A stretch of DNA of 64,000 nt, taken from contig CAZJBV010000004.1 of the NCBI GenBank assembly GCA_964544585.1, forward strand, positions 5,169-69,168, in the 5' to 3' direction. Positions 59,844-64,000 of this stretch are shown one piece after another (position 1 is the stretch's first letter; the number at the start of each line of letters is the position of its first letter). The translations under genes and the position numbers were made by a program. Source of the DNA: an uncultured Gammaproteobacteria bacterium (lineage in GTDB: Bacteria > Patescibacteriota > Microgenomatia > 2-02-FULL-39-11). Under the pieces are notes generated by a model. It saw only the letters and a program-made list of their open reading frames with translations, was not told the origin of the DNA and did no database searches.

Positions 59844-60950
59844 TTATCTCCCAAGATACCCCAGAGGATTTACAATTACTCCATTTATCCTCACCTCAAA
59901 ATGGATGTGGATTCCCGATGATCTTCCCGTCGCACCCATCTTACCGATTGCCTGACCTCTTAATACACCATTTCCACTTGAAACATACAATGCTTGCATA
60001 TGGGCATATAGTGTCTGCATTCCGTCTCCATGGTCAACAATTATGTGACATCCATAACCATAGCGAATACATCCCGAGTACACAACCGTCCCGCTTTCGG
60101 CAACAGCAATATCAGGAGCAGCATTATTCGCAATGTCAACTGCCATATGATATGAAACTGGATATTGCGTAATTTGTCCTGATGCCGGCCATAAAAGCCT
60201 TCCTCCCCCACCAGCAATAATCTTTGGTACCCGTTGAGCAATATAAACGGGGGCTGCCTCAGGAGCTACACCGTCAGGCACGATAAGGGTCTGCCCTACA
60301 GCTAAAGAAAATGTATCCAGGTCCGCAAAATCATTTGCCGGAAAATTGACTATTTTCTGTGCATCAGTTTTATAATATTTGGCTACAGAATAAATCGTAT
60401 CTCCCGGCTTTACCCTATGGACAATTCCCGTCACGGGCGGAACCCGAAGAATCTGACCAGTCACCAAACGATCAGATTTTAAGTTATTCGCCCACTTGAT
60501 CGTATCCACAGACACTCCAAATTTTTCCGCAATTGTTCCCAAGACATCTCCACCCTCAACTTCATATTCAAGAATTTCAAACCGTGGCTTATCAGATATT
60601 TGTGTTGCCGTTGACAGTTCCTGCGGTTGGTTGGAGACAAGATAAGATGAATCTGTTAAAGAAAGCGTCTCTTCCCGATTCACCGTAGGATAGTATTCTG
60701 CTACAACCGGCGCTCCCACAATTGCCCCCGTCACCAGAAAAAAAAGAGATAGATTAAGAAAGTGTTTTGAGTAGCGCCCCCTCTTGGCAATAAGAATATC
60801 AACCAAAACATCTTTAAAACGCTCAAAATGGGTAAAAAGAATAAGTACACGCTTTCTAAAGTAATTGTAAAGAAATCTTATCCAATCGGCCACATCATTT
60901 TTGAAAATGAAAAACCACTCAAAAGTGTCTTTCGAAATACTTATTTTCAT
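59844..60950 (-). CDS. M23-family metallopeptidase with two LysM domains and N-terminal membrane anchor
   Basis: LysM-like GDVLGTIAEKFGVSVDTIKWAN and GDTIYSVAKYY. M23 motifs HMAVDIA and GIHIHFEV. Confidence 0.8.
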   Translation of the reverse strand: MKISISKDTFEWFFIFKNDVADWIRFLYNYFRKRVLILFTHFERFKDVLVDILIAKRGRYSKHFLNLSLFFLVTGAIVGAPVVAEYYPTVNREETLSLTDSSYLVSNQPQELSTATQISDKPRFEILEYEVEGGDVLGTIAEKFGVSVDTIKWANNLKSDRLVTGQILRVPPVTGIVHRVKPGDTIYSVAKYYKTDAQKIVNFPANDFADLDTFSLAVGQTLIVPDGVAPEAAPVYIAQRVPKIIAGGGGRLLWPASGQITQYPVSYHMAVDIANNAAPDIAVAESGTVVYSGCIRYGYGCHIIVDHGDGMQTLYAHMQALYVSSGNGVLRGQAIGKMGATGRSSGIHIHFEVRINGVIVNPLGYLGR

Positions 60951-60967
60951 GGAGGAAAAAGTTTGTC

Positions 60968-62362
60968 CTATCCCTGACTAAGCGTTGCCAAAAAGTCTTT
61001 GTTGCTCTTCGTTTTAGAAAGCCTATCAATAAGGGCCATAGTTCTCTCCTGTCCTTCACCTAAGAGTGATAGCATGTGCCTTAAAGTCACAATCTTTTTT
61101 AGCGTTTCGGGAGTTAGTAAAAGTTCATCATGTCTCGTACCTGACTTTTCAATATCAATTGCCGGAAAAATTCTCTGCTCTTGTAAGAATCGGGAAAGAT
61201 GAAGCTCCATATTCCCCGTTCCCTTAAATTCTTCATAGATGAGGTCATCCATCCTGCTTCCCGTATCGACAAGAGCCGTACCTAAGATTGTCAACGATCC
61301 GCCTTTTTCACAATTTCGTGCCGCTCCCAAGAATCTTTTTGCTGGATACAATGCCGCCGGATCAAATCCGCCCGTCAACGTGCGTCCCGACGGAGTCACA
61401 GATAAATTATATGCCCGCGCCAGTCTTGTTATTGAATCAAGAAGAATGATTACATCTTTCTCCAATTCCACTAGTCTCTTTGCCCGATCCAATGCTACTT
61501 CGGCTACCCTTGTTTGCGCCTCCGGCGCCTCATCAAAATTTGAGGCAATCACCTCTCCTTTGACTGACCTGCTAATATCGGTTACTTCTTCCGGCCTCTC
61601 CCCAATCAAAACAGCCATCAAGTGGCTTTTAGGAAAATTTTCCGCAATCCCATGGGCAATCTCTTTAAGTATGGTCGTTTTTCCCGCCTTTGGAGGGGAA
61701 ACAATAAGTCCCCTCTGTCCAAAACCAATCGGAGAAATAAAATCAATTATCCTAGACGACAAAGGCTTTTGTTCCGTCTCAAGAGTAATTTGTTTATTTG
61801 GATATATAGGCGTCAGATCCTCAAACTTTGGCCTTTTTCCACTTTCATCAGCTGCCTTTCCATTCACCTTTTCTACTTTCAAAAGACCAAAATATCGTTC
61901 ATTATCTTTTGGTGGCCTAGCCTGACCGCTGACTTCGTCTCCGGGTCTAAGCGCGAACTTTCTTATCTGTGATTGCGATATATAAATATCTCCATCAGAA
62001 GGAATAAATTTCGGCCTTAAAAACCCGTGTCCCTCAGGCATCGTATCCAAAAACCCGCTTACACTCTGTGTCGGCGCATTTTGGGGATACCTTTCTTGCC
62101 CATTTTGATAGCCCTGATAGTAAGGAGTATACAGAGGAGTCCGAGGGGCAACCGGCTGACTGTATTCTCCCCCTCCCATCTGTTGTAAACCCGCACCCCT
62201 TGGCGGAGAATACGATGAAACAGGCGGAGGACTTGCAACTGGCGGAACTATTACTGGTGCCGATTGGGGTGGTATTTCGCCTCCGATGACATCATTGATA
62301 GTCAAACCAACATCTTTTGGCTTTATTTCCGGTTTCTTTACAATTCTAGAACGAATAGGCAT
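60968..62362 (-). CDS. rho: Transcription termination factor Rho with ~105-aa Pro/Tyr/Gln-rich N-terminal extension replacing the canonical N-terminal helical domain
   Basis: Collinear with E. coli Rho from the OB-fold (GFLRP...DIYIS..IRKFALRPGDEVSG) through the Walker A (SPPKAGKTT) and Q/R loops to the C-terminus (GTGNMELHLSR...FPAIDIEKSGTR). Confidence 0.9.
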   Translation of the reverse strand: MPIRSRIVKKPEIKPKDVGLTINDVIGGEIPPQSAPVIVPPVASPPPVSSYSPPRGAGLQQMGGGEYSQPVAPRTPLYTPYYQGYQNGQERYPQNAPTQSVSGFLDTMPEGHGFLRPKFIPSDGDIYISQSQIRKFALRPGDEVSGQARPPKDNERYFGLLKVEKVNGKAADESGKRPKFEDLTPIYPNKQITLETEQKPLSSRIIDFISPIGFGQRGLIVSPPKAGKTTILKEIAHGIAENFPKSHLMAVLIGERPEEVTDISRSVKGEVIASNFDEAPEAQTRVAEVALDRAKRLVELEKDVIILLDSITRLARAYNLSVTPSGRTLTGGFDPAALYPAKRFLGAARNCEKGGSLTILGTALVDTGSRMDDLIYEEFKGTGNMELHLSRFLQEQRIFPAIDIEKSGTRHDELLLTPETLKKIVTLRHMLSLLGEGQERTMALIDRLSKTKSNKDFLATLSQG

Positions 62363-62413
62363 GAAAAATAAAAGTTAAGTTTTGGGAACAAATATTAGGG
62401 GATAATTTTCCCT

Positions 62414-62442
62414 ATTTAATCATAAATGCTCTAATTTGTCAA
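62414..62442 (-). promoter_or_regulatory. Sigma70-like promoter (TTGACA-N17-TTAAAT on minus strand) for rho
   Basis: Read directly on the reverse complement; ~50-nt leader. Confidence 0.35.
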
Positions 62443-62749
62443 GTTTACCCAATCCAAAAAGGACGCCCTTTAGAAGAGATGGTTCGCCTGAGATTTTTCC
62501 CCAAAGGGAAAAATGGGGAAGCTGCTCCGTCCGCCAATGACGGACTGGAGACTCCGCCTCTTTGGGACGCGAGATTACATTTATTGTATCTCTTTCGCCC
62601 TACCCATAAAATTGGTTGTAGAGGAAAAAACTCTCAGGCTTTTCGTCTCGTTCCAAAGGGCAGTCTTATTGCACCACATTCAAATAGATTTGTCAATTGT
62701 CTAATTTATTTGACAATAAAGGATATATTTGTCAGAATGAGATAAACTA

Positions 62750-63166
62750 ATGGACAAGAAATTTATCATTCTCTCAAGCATTTTCTTTCTCCTGTTCATT
62801 TTTGGCATTGGGACTCTTATAGTCGAAAGACCAGTTTCTCAGTTTTTACGCGCCCAAACAGCGGAAGTTTCTCCTACAAAATCATTCTTTACCGCAGTCC
62901 CCCAAGTAGGAAATTCCGATATAAAAGTAGATGTCTATATTCGTGATCAGGACGGGAATGTCATGCCCGGAAAAACGGTCAAACTTTCAACCGATCTTTC
63001 ATCCGTTACTATCGAGCCCTCCGATTCTCAAAATACCGATAACCTAGGGAAAGCATCATTTAGCTTAAAATCAGATAGTCCCGGCACAGCCAATCTTACA
63101 GTCGTAGAAACTACAAGTAATGTTACCCTCACCCAAAAACTATCCGTCGAGTTCACCAATCAATAA
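62750..63166 (+). CDS. Secreted/membrane-anchored hypothetical protein with Ig-like (Big-type) beta domain
   Basis: N-terminal hydrophobic helix then a Thr/Ser-rich beta-strand pattern (KVDVYIRDQDGNVMPGKTVKLSTD...ANLTVVETTSNVTLTQKLSVEF). Confidence 0.35.
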   Translation: MDKKFIILSSIFFLLFIFGIGTLIVERPVSQFLRAQTAEVSPTKSFFTAVPQVGNSDIKVDVYIRDQDGNVMPGKTVKLSTDLSSVTIEPSDSQNTDNLGKASFSLKSDSPGTANLTVVETTSNVTLTQKLSVEFTNQ

Positions 63167-63175
63167 GATAAATAA

Positions 63176-64000
63176 ATGAAATCCCAGGAAATTGCTATTA
63201 TTGGTGCAGGATTTACTGGTCTGACCACCGCATATGAATTATCAAAAAAAGGCATACCCGTGACCATATTTGAAAAAGAGAGTAGTCCCGGAGGTTTAGC
63301 CGTAGGTTTCAATCTCCCCGACTCTCTTTGGACAATCGAAAAGCATTATCACCACATTTTTACCAATGATACTTTTATTATTAATCTTGCCAAAGAAATT
63401 GGTATGGAAAAAGATATTATTTTCCCCCACTCCGAAACCTCTCTCTACATCAATGGTCAAATTTTTCCCTTCAATACTCCAAAAGACATCCTCTCATTTC
63501 CTCCTCTACACTTTCCCGATAGGTTTCGGCTTGGAGCTGCCTCTATATTTCTAAAAATGATACCCCCAGAAGTTGCCATAAATTTTGAGAAATACACATC
63601 TAGCGCTTTTACCAATATGCTCTTTGGCAAAAATATAAATCGCCTCATTTGGGACCCCCTTTTAAGCGGTAAATTTTCAGTATATAAAGATGTGGTAAAT
63701 GCAGCTTGGTTTTGGGCCAGAATCAAAAAACGCACCCTAACTCTTGGCTACATTGCCGGCGGCTTCCAGACTCTCGCCGAAAATCTTGCTCAAAAAATAC
63801 AAAAGCAAGGTGGAAAAATATTATATAAAACTCCATTCTCAAAAGAATTAATCAACCAATATGATAAAATTATTGTTACGACCCCTACGTTTGGTTTTCT
63901 TAAACTATTTCCCCATCTGCCCCAAAAATATAGACAAAATCTCGAGTCCATCCCTCACCTTCATGCCCTCAATCTTTTTCTTATCCTAAAAGACCAATTT
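63176..64000 (+). CDS. FAD/NAD(P)-binding oxidoreductase (amine-oxidase/protoporphyrinogen-oxidase-like), 5' part only; continues past window end
   Basis: Translating from ATG 63176 gives MKSQEIAIIGAGFTGLTTAYELSKKGIPVTIFEKESSPGGLA (GxGxxG + E + GG dinucleotide fold) with no stop before 64000. It is absent from the ORF track because it is incomplete. Confidence 0.6.
   Translation, partial: MKSQEIAIIGAGFTGLTTAYELSKKGIPVTIFEKESSPGGLAVGFNLPDSLWTIEKHYHHIFTNDTFIINLAKEIGMEKDIIFPHSETSLYINGQIFPFNTPKDILSFPPLHFPDRFRLGAASIFLKMIPPEVAINFEKYTSSAFTNMLFGKNINRLIWDPLLSGKFSVYKDVVNAAWFWARIKKRTLTLGYIAGGFQTLAENLAQKIQKQGGKILYKTPFSKELINQYDKIIVTTPTFGFLKLFPHLPQKYRQNLESIPHLHALNLFLILKDQF

Noticed and set aside
62479-62745. 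88-aa ORF (and nested 63-aa ORF) in the rho upstream region
   Set aside because: No domain, odd composition (Arg/Leu/Pro-rich from GC-rich DNA), and it overlaps a likely leader/regulatory region. It is treated as non-coding.

Overview
This AT-rich (~one-third GC) bacterial window is almost entirely a cell-surface glycosylation super-island. It uses TGA as a stop codon, has sigma70-type TTGACA-N17-TAnnnT promoters, and packs genes tightly, often with overlapping ends. It encodes about 20 large polytopic membrane proteins, most plausibly GT-C-fold glycosyltransferases. One sub-family of these looks ArnT/PMT_2-like with a first-loop D-E/D-T-x-Y motif, and another ~540-aa family is present in seven paralogous copies. 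The island also encodes five GT2 polyprenyl-phosphate-sugar synthase-like enzymes and one GT4. Sugar-nucleotide tailoring genes include three DegT aminotransferases, two GNAT acetyltransferases, six extended-SDR epimerase/dehydratases, a cupin, GmhA, and an HldE-like kinase/nucleotidyltransferase with reversed domain order. It further includes a thiamine-diphosphate E1 alpha/beta pair, two SAM methyltransferases and a Zn-ADH. Four type II toxin-antitoxin pairs (BrnTA, two VapBC, RelE/Phd) bracket one glycan operon. The right end carries housekeeping genes: divergent tRNA-Ala genes, an M23/LysM peptidase, Rho with an unusual disordered N-terminal extension, and a partial FAD oxidoreductase. Notable non-genic signals include short heptanucleotide tandem repeats inside several glycosylation genes and in one promoter region, which are candidate phase-variation switches. 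A GC-rich 20-bp perfect palindrome is present twice, each time next to tRNA T-arm-like sequence, once inside a duplicated 3' fragment of tRNA-Ala. Three gene pairs are convergent with ~40-50 bp 3' overlaps. No CRISPR array, rRNA, transposase or integrase was seen. All functional calls rest on motif recognition by eye and need HMM or BLAST confirmation.
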